64,000 nt of DNA from Deferrisomatales bacterium (GCA_033551855.1 JAWSUI010000018.1:1078-65077), one strand, 5' to 3'. Positions 46,846 to 55,906 are shown, numbered from the stretch's first letter. A program made the numbers and translations. The notes: generated from the letters alone by a model not told the origin.

Positions 46846-47418
46846 ATGCCCCGCCACTGGCCCCTGACCGATAGCGTCGTGGAGGGGGACTTCCGGATCT
46901 TCCGGCTCCGGCGCGACCGGGCCGTGAGCCCCCGCACGGGGGCCCCCCACGACTTCTACGTCCTCGAGACGCGCGACTGGATCAACATCATCCCGGTCAC
47001 CGACAGCGGTGACGTGGTCATGGTGCGCCAGTACCGCCACGGCGTCCGAGAGGTCACCCTGGAGATCCCCGGCGGCATCCTCGACCACGCCGGGGAGGAC
47101 CCCCAGGAGGCCGCGGCCCGGGAGCTCCTCGAGGAGACCGGCTACCGCCCCCGTCAGATCGTCCCGCTCGGGGCGCTCCAGGCCCAGCCCGCCATGCAGG
47201 ACAACCTGCTCCACACCTACCTGGCCCTGGGCTGCGAACGGGTTCGGGAGCCCGACCCGGACGCCGGCGAAGACCTGCGGGTCGTCACCTTCCCCCTCCG
47301 GGAGGTCCGCAGCCGCATCGCCGCCGGCGAGATCCGCCACAGCCTCGTCGTGGCGGCCTTCTACCGCTTCGAGGCCTGGCGGGGCTTCCGGGAAGACGAC
47401 CTCGGCGGCGAACGGTGA
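46846..47418 (+). CDS. NUDIX hydrolase (ADP-ribose pyrophosphatase-like)
   Basis: ATG at 46846. Nudix box: GGILDHAGEDPQEAAARELLEETGY. Confidence 0.8.
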   Translation: MPRHWPLTDSVVEGDFRIFRLRRDRAVSPRTGAPHDFYVLETRDWINIIPVTDSGDVVMVRQYRHGVREVTLEIPGGILDHAGEDPQEAAARELLEETGYRPRQIVPLGALQAQPAMQDNLLHTYLALGCERVREPDPDAGEDLRVVTFPLREVRSRIAAGEIRHSLVVAAFYRFEAWRGFREDDLGGER

Positions 47419-47924
47419 AGCTCCTGGTGCCCTGGTACAGCCGCACGGGGACCACCGGCCGCGTGGTCCGGGAGACCCGGGCCGTCCTCGAGCGCCTCGG
47501 TCACACCGTCACCGACGTCGCCATCGTCCCGCGCCGGCGCCTTCCCTACCCCCTCTGGCTCCTGCTCTCCTTCCTGCCCGGCTCCCGGGTGCCGGTGGCC
47601 GGGGGCTCCCCGGACCCCGCGGCCTTCGACGGGTGCCTTCTCGCGCTGCCCAAGTGGACCTTCTCGTGCCCTCCGGTGAACGCCTACCTGGCCGCCTGGG
47701 GCGCCCGCCTTCCCCCGACCGCCGTCGTGGTCACCTGCGGCGGCTGGGACCAGGACCGCTACCTGCGGGCGCTGCAGCGCCACCTCGAGGGGGGGGGAAC
47801 CCTCGTTCGCGGGGGCTGTGCGGTCCGTCGTCGCCACGTGGAGGACGGGTCCTTCGCGGAACCCCTGGCGGAGTTCCTCGGCCGCGTCTTTTCGGCTCTT
47901 CCGGGGAATGACGGGTCGCCGTGA
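47415..47924 (+). CDS. Flavodoxin-like fold protein
   Basis: The GTG at 47415 overlaps the NUDIX stop (GTGA). MKLLVPWYSRTGTTGRV is a flavodoxin-type phosphate-binding N-terminus. Confidence 0.5.
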   Translation: MKLLVPWYSRTGTTGRVVRETRAVLERLGHTVTDVAIVPRRRLPYPLWLLLSFLPGSRVPVAGGSPDPAAFDGCLLALPKWTFSCPPVNAYLAAWGARLPPTAVVVTCGGWDQDRYLRALQRHLEGGGTLVRGGCAVRRRHVEDGSFAEPLAEFLGRVFSALPGNDGSP

Positions 47925-48108
47925 CCGCGGCCGGCCGCGGCCGGCTCTTCCGCGCTCCGAGCCGTTGCCGCGTGAAGCCTCCCACCCGCCAACGCGATCC
48001 GCGGACCGCGACGGGGCACCGCCGGCGGGCGACGGTCAGGACCGAGTTGCCCGTGACCATCGGGGCACCCCGGGGATGAAACGCCGACCGGCCGCGGGCC
48101 GGTCGCCC

Positions 48109-48624
48109 TCACCCCAGGCCCCTCCTCTTCGGTCTCCACTCTTGCGCCAGCTTCCTCGCCTGCTCCATCTGGGTCGGTGTCAACGCTCGGGACAGCAAGC
48201 GGCAAGCCCTGAGCGCCTTCGCCCTTTCCTCGCCGCTCATACGAGAGGCCGCAAGGTCGTACCACTCGTGGGCCTGCACATAATCCTGCGGCACTCCCTC
48301 GCCTGTGGCGTACATGTACCCAACGTTCCGCTGGGACGGCGCGTGCCCTTGTTCCGCGGCGTCCCGGTACCAGTTGAGAGCCTCGGTGTCATCGTGAGGC
48401 GTACCCTCCCCCGCGGCAAACATGCTGCCAAAAAGGTATTGCGCTTCCGGGAGACCCCGTTGGGCAGCCCCGTGCAGACACCGAACCGCAGCCGTCAGCG
48501 GGTCTGGCCGCTTCGGGCGTTTGACGCCCCTGGTTGGTCCACGTTCCTCAACCCGCGTCACCGGCTGGCCCCGAGTATGGGGGGCTCCCGTCCGCACGTC
48601 CGGATCGTCGTGCAGTGAACGCAT
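48109..48624 (-). CDS. Sel1/TPR-like repeat protein
   Basis: Two to three Sel1 units: AQYLFGSMFAAGEGTPHDDTEALNWYRDAAEQGHAPSQRNVGYMYATGEGVPQDYVQAHEWY. The start is uncertain (ATG at 48624 or 48642). The rest of the 328-aa track ORF overlaps other genes out of frame. Confidence 0.6.
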   Translation of the reverse strand: MRSLHDDPDVRTGAPHTRGQPVTRVEERGPTRGVKRPKRPDPLTAAVRCLHGAAQRGLPEAQYLFGSMFAAGEGTPHDDTEALNWYRDAAEQGHAPSQRNVGYMYATGEGVPQDYVQAHEWYDLAASRMSGEERAKALRACRLLSRALTPTQMEQARKLAQEWRPKRRGLG

Positions 48625-48713
48625 TTCCCCCCGGCCGAGCATCCGGCGCGAGATCCCTCGCCCACCCTTTCGGGGAAAGGCGCAAGACTCCCCGGGCACG
48701 GGTGACGTTCGGT

Positions 48714-48926
48714 TCAGCGGCGCAGAAGCCAGACAAGGAGCGAGAGGAGAACGGAGAGGGCTAGGCAGGTCCCCAGGGGAAGGTACAGGGAGAACCCGGG
48801 GCGTCGGATCACCATGTCCCCGGGGAGTCGGCCCGGAAACGGCAGCCTCTCCCCGAAGAGCACGAGCACCCCCGCCAGCGCGACGGCCAGCCCCAGGACG
48901 ATGAGGAGCTTGCCGGCAGGGATCAC
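48714..48926 (-). CDS. DUF2905 family small membrane protein
   Basis: The GTG at 48926 overlaps the queH stop (GTGA). The protein is 70 aa, with GRLPGDMVIRRPGFSLYLPLGTCLALSVLLSLL. Confidence 0.7.
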   Translation of the reverse strand: MIPAGKLLIVLGLAVALAGVLVLFGERLPFPGRLPGDMVIRRPGFSLYLPLGTCLALSVLLSLLVWLLRR

Positions 48927-49471
48927 GGGATCTCGCGGGGCCTGGGGGGGGCGTAGCGCTCCGCCTCGCTGTACAGGCACCCGCAGTAGGTCTGGCGGTA
49001 GAGGCCGAGCTCCTTGGACGCCTCGATCCCCTCGACCCAGCCGTCCCGCCAGTCGCGGTAGAGGAAGGGCACCCCCGCCTCCGCGCCTGCGGCATCCCCG
49101 ATCTCCCGGATCAGGTCGTGCTTCTGCCGCCGGCTGTACAGCAGCGTGGTGCTGAACGCCTCGAACCGCCCCCGGCGCGCCAGCAGGGCCACCCGCCGGA
49201 GCCGTAGGTGGATGCACACCCGGCAGCGCTCCCCCTCCCGGAAGGCCACGCCCCGCAGCCACTCCCGGGGGTCGTACCCCGGGTGGGGCAACAGCCGCAG
49301 GTGCTGCTCCCCGGCGAGCTCCTCCAGCGCCCCCCGGCGGCGGTCCCACTCGGTGTACGGGTGGATGTTGGGGTTCTCGTAGACCCCGAGGACCTCCCGC
49401 CCCTCGGCCCGGAGCCTGCGCAGGGGCACGATGGTGCACGGCCCGCAGCAGGTGTGGAGCAGGGTCTTCAC
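48923..49471 (-). CDS. queH: Epoxyqueuosine reductase QueH (DUF208)
   Basis: Motifs: LLHTCCGPCT, NPNIHPYTEW, ERCRVCIHLRL, FSTTLLYSRRQ, LYRQTYCGCLYSE. Confidence 0.85.
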   Translation of the reverse strand: MKTLLHTCCGPCTIVPLRRLRAEGREVLGVYENPNIHPYTEWDRRRGALEELAGEQHLRLLPHPGYDPREWLRGVAFREGERCRVCIHLRLRRVALLARRGRFEAFSTTLLYSRRQKHDLIREIGDAAGAEAGVPFLYRDWRDGWVEGIEASKELGLYRQTYCGCLYSEAERYAPPRPREIP

Positions 49472-49565
49472 GGGGCGCCTCCCTCACGGATCGCACCCGG
49501 ACCACCAGACCCGCCGCCCCCCACCTGTGGGAGCGGTCTCCCGGCCGCGACCTCGGCCCCCCGGC

Positions 49566-49610
49566 TTCCCTCCCCTTCAAGGGGAGGGCGAGGGTGGGGA
49601 TGGGTTGTCA
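49566..49610 (-). repeat. REP-like element (inverted copy of 43538-43585)
   Basis: TTCCCTCCCCTTCAAGGGGAGGGCGAGGGTGGGGATGGGTTGTCA. Confidence 0.8.
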
Positions 49611-49682
49611 TACAGGGGGAGGAGCAGAGCGGGGGCGGGTGCGGCCCGCATGGATCGCAACGGAGCCCCGCCGCCTCGCGCC

Positions 49683-50210
49683 TCACGGCGACAGGGTCTC
49701 GGCGGCCCGGCGCAGCCCCGGGTGCCCCGACCGCCGCAGGATCTCCCGGCTGAGCTCCCCGACCCGCGCCTCCTCGGCGGACCGGTGCTCCTCCGGTGCG
49801 TGGTAGGGGTGCTCCAGCCGGCAGAAGCGCACCAGGTGCACGTACTCGTGGGTCAGCACGGAGACCAGGACGTCCGAGAGCTCCACGTCTTCCCGGCGGC
49901 GGGCCAGGTGCAGGATGTTGTGGTCCTGGAGGCAGATGCGGTAGTGCGGGCACAGGCGCTCGCAGCGCAGCAGGCGGCCTGCGCCCTCCGGCTCCACCCG
50001 GAACACCCGTCGGATCTCGGCCAGGCGCCCGTCGGTCAGCAGCTCCGCGTCGCGCAGGTCCCGCCGGCTGAGGATCCGGTGCGCGGTGCGCCGAAACCAA
50101 TCGTCCGCCAGGGCGAACCGCTCGCCGGTGAGCTCCTGGGCCAGGGGAACCGCCTCCGCCAGGAGCCGCAGCTCTCGGGGGTCGAAAGCGTCAGGGTGCC
50201 TCACGGGCAT
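49683..50210 (-). CDS. Hypothetical protein with an HExxH motif
   Basis: The protein is 175 aa and contains LTHEYVHLVRF. Its start overlaps the 3' end of the histidine kinase gene by 20 nt; a GTG at 50204 is an alternative start. I did not recognise a family. Confidence 0.45.
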   Translation of the reverse strand: MPVRHPDAFDPRELRLLAEAVPLAQELTGERFALADDWFRRTAHRILSRRDLRDAELLTDGRLAEIRRVFRVEPEGAGRLLRCERLCPHYRICLQDHNILHLARRREDVELSDVLVSVLTHEYVHLVRFCRLEHPYHAPEEHRSAEEARVGELSREILRRSGHPGLRRAAETLSP

Positions 50211-51810
50211 CCTCCGAAGCGACCGGGTCGGCCACGAGCCGATGCAGCGTCCGCACCAGCTCCTTCCGGTCCAGGGGTTTGACCAGGAACGCGTCGGCCC
50301 CCGCCCGCAGGCCCCGCTCCCGGCTGTCCAGGCACGAGACGATGGCCACCGGGATGTTGCGGGTGGCGGGGTCGGCCTTGAGCTCCCGGAGGACCTTCCA
50401 GCCGTCCATCCCCGGCAGGAGCAGGTCCAGGGTGATCGCCGCGGGCCGGGTTTCCCGGGCCAGCCGCAGGCCCTCCTCTCCTCGCGGGGTGAGCACGGAC
50501 GTCATCCCTCCCGCTTCCAGCACCTTCTCGATCAGCTCCAGGGCGGAGGGGTCGTCCTCGATGACCAGGACCCGGGGCCGTGCCCCCGAGATTTCCGCCG
50601 GGCGGGCTCCGTCCATCGGGAGCTCCGGGATCCATAAGCGGAAGCGGCTTCCGGAGCCCGGCTCGCTCTCCACGCCCAGCTCCCCGCCCAGGAGCTCGAT
50701 CAGCATGTGGCACAGGGGCAGCCCCAGCCCCGTCCCCCGGTACTCCCGGGCGTGGGAGGGGTCCGCCTGGAAGAACTTGCTGAAGATGCGCCGCCGGTCC
50801 TCCGGGGAGATGCCGATGCCCGTGTCGGCGACCTCCACCGAGAGACGCCCGGGTTCCTGGCGCACCGAGCACACCACCTTGCCCTCGTCGGTGAACTTGA
50901 CCGCGTTGGCCAGCAGGTTGATGAGGATCTGCTTGACCTTCTCCCGGTCCGACACGAAGGCCCCCACCCCGGCGGCCAGCTCGGTGGAGAGCTCCAACTG
51001 CTTGCGGTAGGCCAGGGGGTTGACCGTGTCCATGGCCTCCGCCACGAGCGCCGCCACGTCGAAGGGCTGTGCCTCCACCTCCATCCGGCCGGCCTCGATG
51101 CGGGTCATGTCCAGGATGTTGTTGATGAGCTTCAGCAGGTAGCGCGACGCCGCCAGGATCCGCTGGAGGTCCTTCTCCTGCTCCCCGGAAACCGTCCCGT
51201 CCACCCCGTCCAGCAGGAGCTCGGTGTACCCGATGATCGAGTTCAGGGGGCTGCGCAGCTCGTGGCTCATGTTGGCGAAGAACTGGCTCTTGAACATCGC
51301 CGCTTCCGCCACCTCGTCGTACTGGCTGCGCAGGCGCCGGTGGGCTTCGGCCAGCTCCATCGAGGTGCGCCGGATCTCCTTCAGGTGGAGGTCCTGGTAG
51401 GTGTCGCTGAACCGGTTGATCGCCTCGTCCACGGTCCGGTCCACGATCTGGAGGGCCTCGACGAGCTCCTCCCCCTCGAAGGCGCCGGCGACGAGGGGGT
51501 GGGTGATCTCCCGGAAGACGGCGAACGCCCGCTGCACCTCGGAGAGGGGAAACTGCAGTGGAAAGCGCTTCTGGGCGATCTCCTGGACGAAGGCCGCCAT
51601 GGGCCCCCAGTCGCCGCTCCCGAGGACGGCCAGGTAGGAGGCCACGGCGCCCTCCGTGGTGGCCTCGAGCTCCTCCGTGGTCCGGGCCTTGTAGTGGGGC
51701 CCCACGTTCTCCCGGAGGATCTCGACAAACTGCCGCCCCAGGTCCTCGCGCACGTCCCGCAGGATCTCGAAGAGCCTCCTCGAGACCGGGGAGACCGGTT
51801 TCCTCACCAT
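50191..51810 (-). CDS. Hybrid sensor histidine kinase/response regulator
   Basis: HisKA H-box: HELRSPLNSIIGY. HATPase N/G boxes: LANAVKFT, DTGIGI, GTGLGL. C-terminal receiver: VLVIEDD...DLLLPGMDG...K. Confidence 0.9.
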   Translation of the reverse strand: MVRKPVSPVSRRLFEILRDVREDLGRQFVEILRENVGPHYKARTTEELEATTEGAVASYLAVLGSGDWGPMAAFVQEIAQKRFPLQFPLSEVQRAFAVFREITHPLVAGAFEGEELVEALQIVDRTVDEAINRFSDTYQDLHLKEIRRTSMELAEAHRRLRSQYDEVAEAAMFKSQFFANMSHELRSPLNSIIGYTELLLDGVDGTVSGEQEKDLQRILAASRYLLKLINNILDMTRIEAGRMEVEAQPFDVAALVAEAMDTVNPLAYRKQLELSTELAAGVGAFVSDREKVKQILINLLANAVKFTDEGKVVCSVRQEPGRLSVEVADTGIGISPEDRRRIFSKFFQADPSHAREYRGTGLGLPLCHMLIELLGGELGVESEPGSGSRFRLWIPELPMDGARPAEISGARPRVLVIEDDPSALELIEKVLEAGGMTSVLTPRGEEGLRLARETRPAAITLDLLLPGMDGWKVLRELKADPATRNIPVAIVSCLDSRERGLRAGADAFLVKPLDRKELVRTLHRLVADPVASEDAREAP

Positions 51811-51876
51811 GGCGTCCCGCCCTCCCGGCCCCCCCGCGACTCCCGTTCCATAGCACGCCGCCGCCCCGCCGTCGAG

Positions 51877-52044
51877 TGGTTGCGGTGGGCGGTGCCCACC
51901 CTACGGGTCCATCGCCGAGATCGGGGGCCCGATGGAAGCCCACACAGATCGAAACGGCACCACTCTTTGTCTTTCCCAGCGCCTCCGCGCCTCTGCGCGA
52001 GAACGCGATGGCTCCTCCCACCCACAGAATACCCGGAAGCTCCC
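51877..52044 (+). repeat. Composite intergenic repeat: module R1 fused to inverted module R3
   Basis: Same organisation as 31729-31895. Confidence 0.8.
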
Positions 52045-52080
52045 GTGCCGTCCCCCCGGGGCAACCCGAGGGCACGCGGC

Positions 52081-53295
52081 TCACTCCCGGTGGTCCGCCT
52101 CCACCGCGGCCCGGACCTCGTCGTAGATCCCCGGCATCGCGGCCTCCACCCGGTTCCAGTTGGGGATCGAGGGGGCCCCCAGGGGATTCTCCAGGAAGTC
52201 GTCCCCCGCCCGCTCCAGGGCGCGGCCGAACCCCTCGGCCAGGGTGTCCTCCCCGTGGCGGTCGTAGGCCAGCCCGTTCAGGGCCGAGAGGTCGGAGAAG
52301 CGCCCGATCGCGTCCTGGGCGCAGCGCAGGTACGCCGCCCGCAGGCTCAGGAAGAAGGAGGTGGAGAGCGTCAACCCCTCGCTCGCCAGGGCCTGGAACA
52401 GGGTGGAGGCGATCTCCCGGCCCATGCGCATCAGACCCGCGGGCTTCGGCGCGTCGAGGCCGGGGTCCTGGTGCTTGTGCTCGTAGTCGATGCCCAGGTC
52501 CGCCTGGCACACCCGGCGGGTGGCGTAGTTTCGGTACACCTCGGCCAGGGTCCCGACCTCCAGCCCCCAGTTCGACGGGATGCGGTTCACCCGGGCCACG
52601 TCCGCGTCCATGCAGAACTCCCCGGCCAAGGGGTACCGGAAGCTGTCCAGGTAGGTCAGGAAGGGGGTGTGGCCCAGCATCTTCCCCAGGGCCCGGAGCA
52701 GGGGCGTGACGAAGATCCGCGTGACCCGGCCGTGGAGCCGGTCCGTCACCCGGGCGTAGTACCCCTTGCAGAACTTGTAGTCCAGCGTCGGGGCCACGAT
52801 CGGGTAGGCGAGGCGCGCCAGCAGCACCCGGTCGTAGGTGAGGATGTCGCAGTCGTGGAGCGCGATCGCCCGCACCGCCTCGTCCCCCAGCACGTACCCG
52901 TACGCCAGCCACGCGGAGAGCCCCTTGCCCGGCTGCCCGAGGTACAGGTTGTTCTCCCGCATGCGGGTCTTGAGCTCCGTCAGCCGCGGGCCATCGACCC
53001 ACAGGATGCGGACCTTCTGGGGCAGCCGCGCGAAGAACTCCCGGGCGTGGGCGAACTCCGCCGGCCCCGCGTCCCCGAGGCTGACCACCACCTCCCGCAG
53101 GTAGGGGATGTGCTGCAGGTGATCCAGGATCGCCGGGAGCGCCTGTCCCTGGAGCTCCGAGTACAGGGACGGGAGCACCAGAGCGAGGGGCCGGTCCTCG
53201 ACGAACCGTACGAGCTCGGCCTCCATCCGGGGCACGTCCCGCGGCCCGAGCTCCTGCAGGGTCGTGATCACGCCGTTCTGAAAGAAATCCGCCAT
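52081..53295 (-). CDS. Glucosyl-3-phosphoglycerate synthase-like glycosyltransferase (compatible-solute synthesis)
   Basis: ATG at 53295 with an AAGGAG Shine-Dalgarno. The MADFFQNGVITTLQEL N-terminus and the HDCDI block fit the GpgS/MpgS-type family as I recall it. It is paired with an MPGP-family phosphatase gene. Confidence 0.65.
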   Translation of the reverse strand: MADFFQNGVITTLQELGPRDVPRMEAELVRFVEDRPLALVLPSLYSELQGQALPAILDHLQHIPYLREVVVSLGDAGPAEFAHAREFFARLPQKVRILWVDGPRLTELKTRMRENNLYLGQPGKGLSAWLAYGYVLGDEAVRAIALHDCDILTYDRVLLARLAYPIVAPTLDYKFCKGYYARVTDRLHGRVTRIFVTPLLRALGKMLGHTPFLTYLDSFRYPLAGEFCMDADVARVNRIPSNWGLEVGTLAEVYRNYATRRVCQADLGIDYEHKHQDPGLDAPKPAGLMRMGREIASTLFQALASEGLTLSTSFFLSLRAAYLRCAQDAIGRFSDLSALNGLAYDRHGEDTLAEGFGRALERAGDDFLENPLGAPSIPNWNRVEAAMPGIYDEVRAAVEADHRE

Positions 53296-53452
53296 CCCAT
53301 CACTCCTTGTCCTCGTCAAAGGCTGTGCGATGTTAAAGGCTGTGCGATGTTTTACGTTAGAAGCGGTTCGACGTTCTCACCCGTCACAACCTTCCCATCC
53401 TCCCGCCAAGGCTCTTCACGTCGAACATCGCACATCGAACGTCGTACGGATC
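53296..53452. repeat. Intercistronic word-repeat hairpin (TGTGCGATGTT / AACATCGCACA arms)
   Basis: GGCTGTGCGATGTTAAAGGCTGTGCGATGTT (53322-53352) faces CGAACATCGCACATCGAACG (about 53421-53440). It lies between the phosphatase and synthase genes. Confidence 0.85.
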
Positions 53453-54295
53453 TCAACATCGAACCGACTCCAACCACTCCAGCACCGCCCGGCACCAGCC
53501 CCGGGGCCCCACCCCCTCCACCGTGCGGACCCCGGGGGGCCGGGGGGTCAGGTGCCCGCCCCCCGGGCGCTCCACGAGCACGCCGTCGCCCGCCTCCCGG
53601 AGCATGGGCAGATCGTTCTCGCTGTCCCCCAGGGCGAGGGAGGCGATCTCACGCCCCCACGTGCGGGCGGCGGCGTCCAGCAGCCACCGCACCGCCCTGC
53701 CCTTGTCCGACGGGCCCACCAGGTGCCAGAACCGGCCGCCCCGGGTGAGGCCCAGGCCCCGCCCGGCGAGCCAAGACCGCGCCTCCTCCACGGAACGAGG
53801 TGCCGGCTCCGGCTCCCAGAGGAACGGCTCGTCGAAGTCCCGCTGCCGGGCCAGCCGGGCCTGCCGCAGGGGAAGGCCGGTGCAGCTCGAAACCTCTGCG
53901 TCGTCCATGTCCCCGAAACCGCGCAGGCCCTGCCCGTACCGGCCCCGGAGCTCCCCCAGGGCCTCCCGGAGCTCGCCGTACGCCGCGCCGAACACCCGGG
54001 CGGGAAGCCCCGCGAAGCGCTCGGGGAAGACCGGTTCCAAGGGCCCGCCGCCCGTGAGGAGCACGGCCCCCCCGTTCTCGGGGATGAAGGGGCCCGTCAG
54101 CCCCAGCCGTCGCTGGAGCCCGAGGATCTCCCCGCGGGTCTTCGACGAGCACAGCACCAGGGGGACGGCCGCCTCCCCCAGCGCGTCCAGCGCCGGCCGC
54201 GCCGGCTCGTAGTCGTAGGTCTCGTGGTCGAGGAGCGTGCCGTCCAGGTCGGTGAACACCAGCCCGGCGGGCCCCCCGGGAATTTGCGGGCACAC
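53453..54295 (-). CDS. HAD-IIB phosphatase of the mannosyl/glucosyl-3-phosphoglycerate phosphatase family
   Basis: GTG at 54295 with a GGAGG Shine-Dalgarno. Motifs: FTDLDGTLLD, LCSSKTR, GDSENDLPML. Confidence 0.75.
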   Translation of the reverse strand: MCPQIPGGPAGLVFTDLDGTLLDHETYDYEPARPALDALGEAAVPLVLCSSKTRGEILGLQRRLGLTGPFIPENGGAVLLTGGGPLEPVFPERFAGLPARVFGAAYGELREALGELRGRYGQGLRGFGDMDDAEVSSCTGLPLRQARLARQRDFDEPFLWEPEPAPRSVEEARSWLAGRGLGLTRGGRFWHLVGPSDKGRAVRWLLDAAARTWGREIASLALGDSENDLPMLREAGDGVLVERPGGGHLTPRPPGVRTVEGVGPRGWCRAVLEWLESVRC

Positions 54296-54473
54296 GGATC
54301 GCCTTCCTCCCCTTCGGGTGCGTCCCTCTATAGCAGTCGTCCCCGCCCCCCGCAAGCCGACCCGGCCCGGCACCCCCCGTCTCACCCCGCTCGGGCCTGA
54401 AGCTGGAAGCCAAGAGCGGGAAGCCGGAAGCGGGGGACAGGCCCCAACTCCCGCCTCCGTTGTCGGGGTTTCA

Positions 54474-54577
54474 CCCCGAACCCCGAACCCCGAACCCCGA
54501 ACATCGAACAGTTGTTCTGCCGTCCTCTATCCTCTGTCCTCCGTCCTCCGTCCTCCGTCTTCCGTCTTCTGTCCTCG
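54474..54577 (+). repeat. Two adjacent heptamer arrays: (CCCCGAA)x4-5 and (GTCCTCC)x8
   Basis: 54474-54501 holds four exact CCCCGAA units. CATCGAACAGTTGTTCTGCC follows. 54522-54577 holds eight GTCCTCC-type units (gtcctct atcctct gtcctcc x3 gtcttcc gtcttct gtcctcg). Confidence 0.9.
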
Positions 54578-54660
54578 GGGCCGTCCTCCGCCCTTTGCTC
54601 CCCGCAGTCGGTGGCGTATCCTCTCCCCCGGGGAACGTCCCGTCCGCCTGCGAGGATCCC

Positions 54661-55773
54661 GTGCGCCCGACCCGAGCCCTCGTCGATCTGACCGCCGTCG
54701 CCCGAAACGTCCGCGCGCTCCGGGGGCTTACCGCCGCGGGTGTGCGCCAGATGGCGGTCGTCAAGGCGGACGCCTACGGCCACGGCGCGGTGCCCGTGGC
54801 CCGGGCGGCCCTCGGCGCGGGCGCCGAGTGGCTGGGGGTCGCTCTCGTGGAGGAGGGGGCGGACTTGCGGCGCGCGGGCATCGAGGCGCCGATCCTGCTG
54901 CTCGGGGCCGCCTTCCCGGAGGAGGCCGCCGACGCGGTGGGCGCCGGGCTCACGGTGGCCGTGTGCGGGCGCGAGACCGCCCTGGCCCTGGACCGGGCGG
55001 GCGCGGCCCAGGGCCGCACCGCGGCGGTGCACGTCAAGGTGGACACCGGCATGGGGCGGCTCGGGGTGCCCCCCGCCGAGGCCGCGGCTTACACGGAGTG
55101 GCTCTCGGGCCTCCCCCACCTCCGCGTCGAGGGGCTGTTCTCCCACTTCTCCGCCGCCGACGAGGCCGACCTCTCCTTCAGCCGCGCCCAGCTCGAGGAG
55201 CTCTTGGGGGTCCGGCAGGCCTTGGCCGCCCGCGGGCTGCGCCCCCCCCTCTGCCACATCGCGAACACCGCGGCCGTCATGGCCCTGCCCGAGAGCCACC
55301 TGGACCTGGTCCGGACGGGGATCGGTATCTACGGGCTCCACCCCTCCCCCGAGACCCCCCGCACCGCCGACCTGGAACCGGCCTTGCGCCTGACCACGCG
55401 CGTCGCCCACGTGAAGGACGTCCCCGCCGGCACCCCCCTCTCTTACGGCCGCACCTTCGTCGCCCGGCAGCCCAGCCGCATCGCCACCCTGCCGGTGGGC
55501 TACGGCGACGGGTACCCGCGCCTGCTCTCCAACCGGGGACAGGTCCTCATCGGCGGCCGCGCGGTCCCCATCGTCGGCCGCGTCTGCATGGACCTGATCC
55601 TCGCGGACGCGACCTCCGTTCCGGAAGCCCGCGTGGGCGACGAGGCCGTGCTGATCGGCCCCCAGGGCGACGCCTCCATCGGCGCGGACGAACTGGCCCG
55701 CCTCGTCGGCACCATCCACTACGAGATCACCTGCAACATCGGCAAGCGCGTGCCAAGGGAGTACAGAGGTTAG
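54661..55773 (+). CDS. alr: Alanine racemase
   Basis: GTG at 54661. PLP-Lys motif: AVVKADAYGHG. The GYGDGYPR block is present. The protein is 370 aa; the upstream part of the 437-aa track ORF crosses the heptamer arrays. Confidence 0.9.
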   Translation: MRPTRALVDLTAVARNVRALRGLTAAGVRQMAVVKADAYGHGAVPVARAALGAGAEWLGVALVEEGADLRRAGIEAPILLLGAAFPEEAADAVGAGLTVAVCGRETALALDRAGAAQGRTAAVHVKVDTGMGRLGVPPAEAAAYTEWLSGLPHLRVEGLFSHFSAADEADLSFSRAQLEELLGVRQALAARGLRPPLCHIANTAAVMALPESHLDLVRTGIGIYGLHPSPETPRTADLEPALRLTTRVAHVKDVPAGTPLSYGRTFVARQPSRIATLPVGYGDGYPRLLSNRGQVLIGGRAVPIVGRVCMDLILADATSVPEARVGDEAVLIGPQGDASIGADELARLVGTIHYEITCNIGKRVPREYRG

Positions 55774-55906
55774 GAGCTGTTCGAGGTTATTGGGTCCTCC
55801 GGACCGCGCGCTTGCGTCCGCACGCACATCGTCCTATCATCCGCCGGCCGCGGGTGACCGGGGATTTCCCCCCTCTTCCCCACCTGCACAGCAACGGAGG
55901 GTTCCC

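Noticed and set aside
43538-46867. 1109-aa ORF on the + strand
   Set aside because: It is antisense to glgP and begins inside REP sequence. It is low-complexity and motif-free. The minus-strand phosphorylase reading has clear family motifs.
48625-49095. The N-terminal 170 aa of the 328-aa ORF containing the Sel1 repeats
   Set aside because: This part overlaps the DUF2905 and queH genes in another frame and is Pro/Arg/Gly-rich. Only the C-terminal Sel1 portion is credible.
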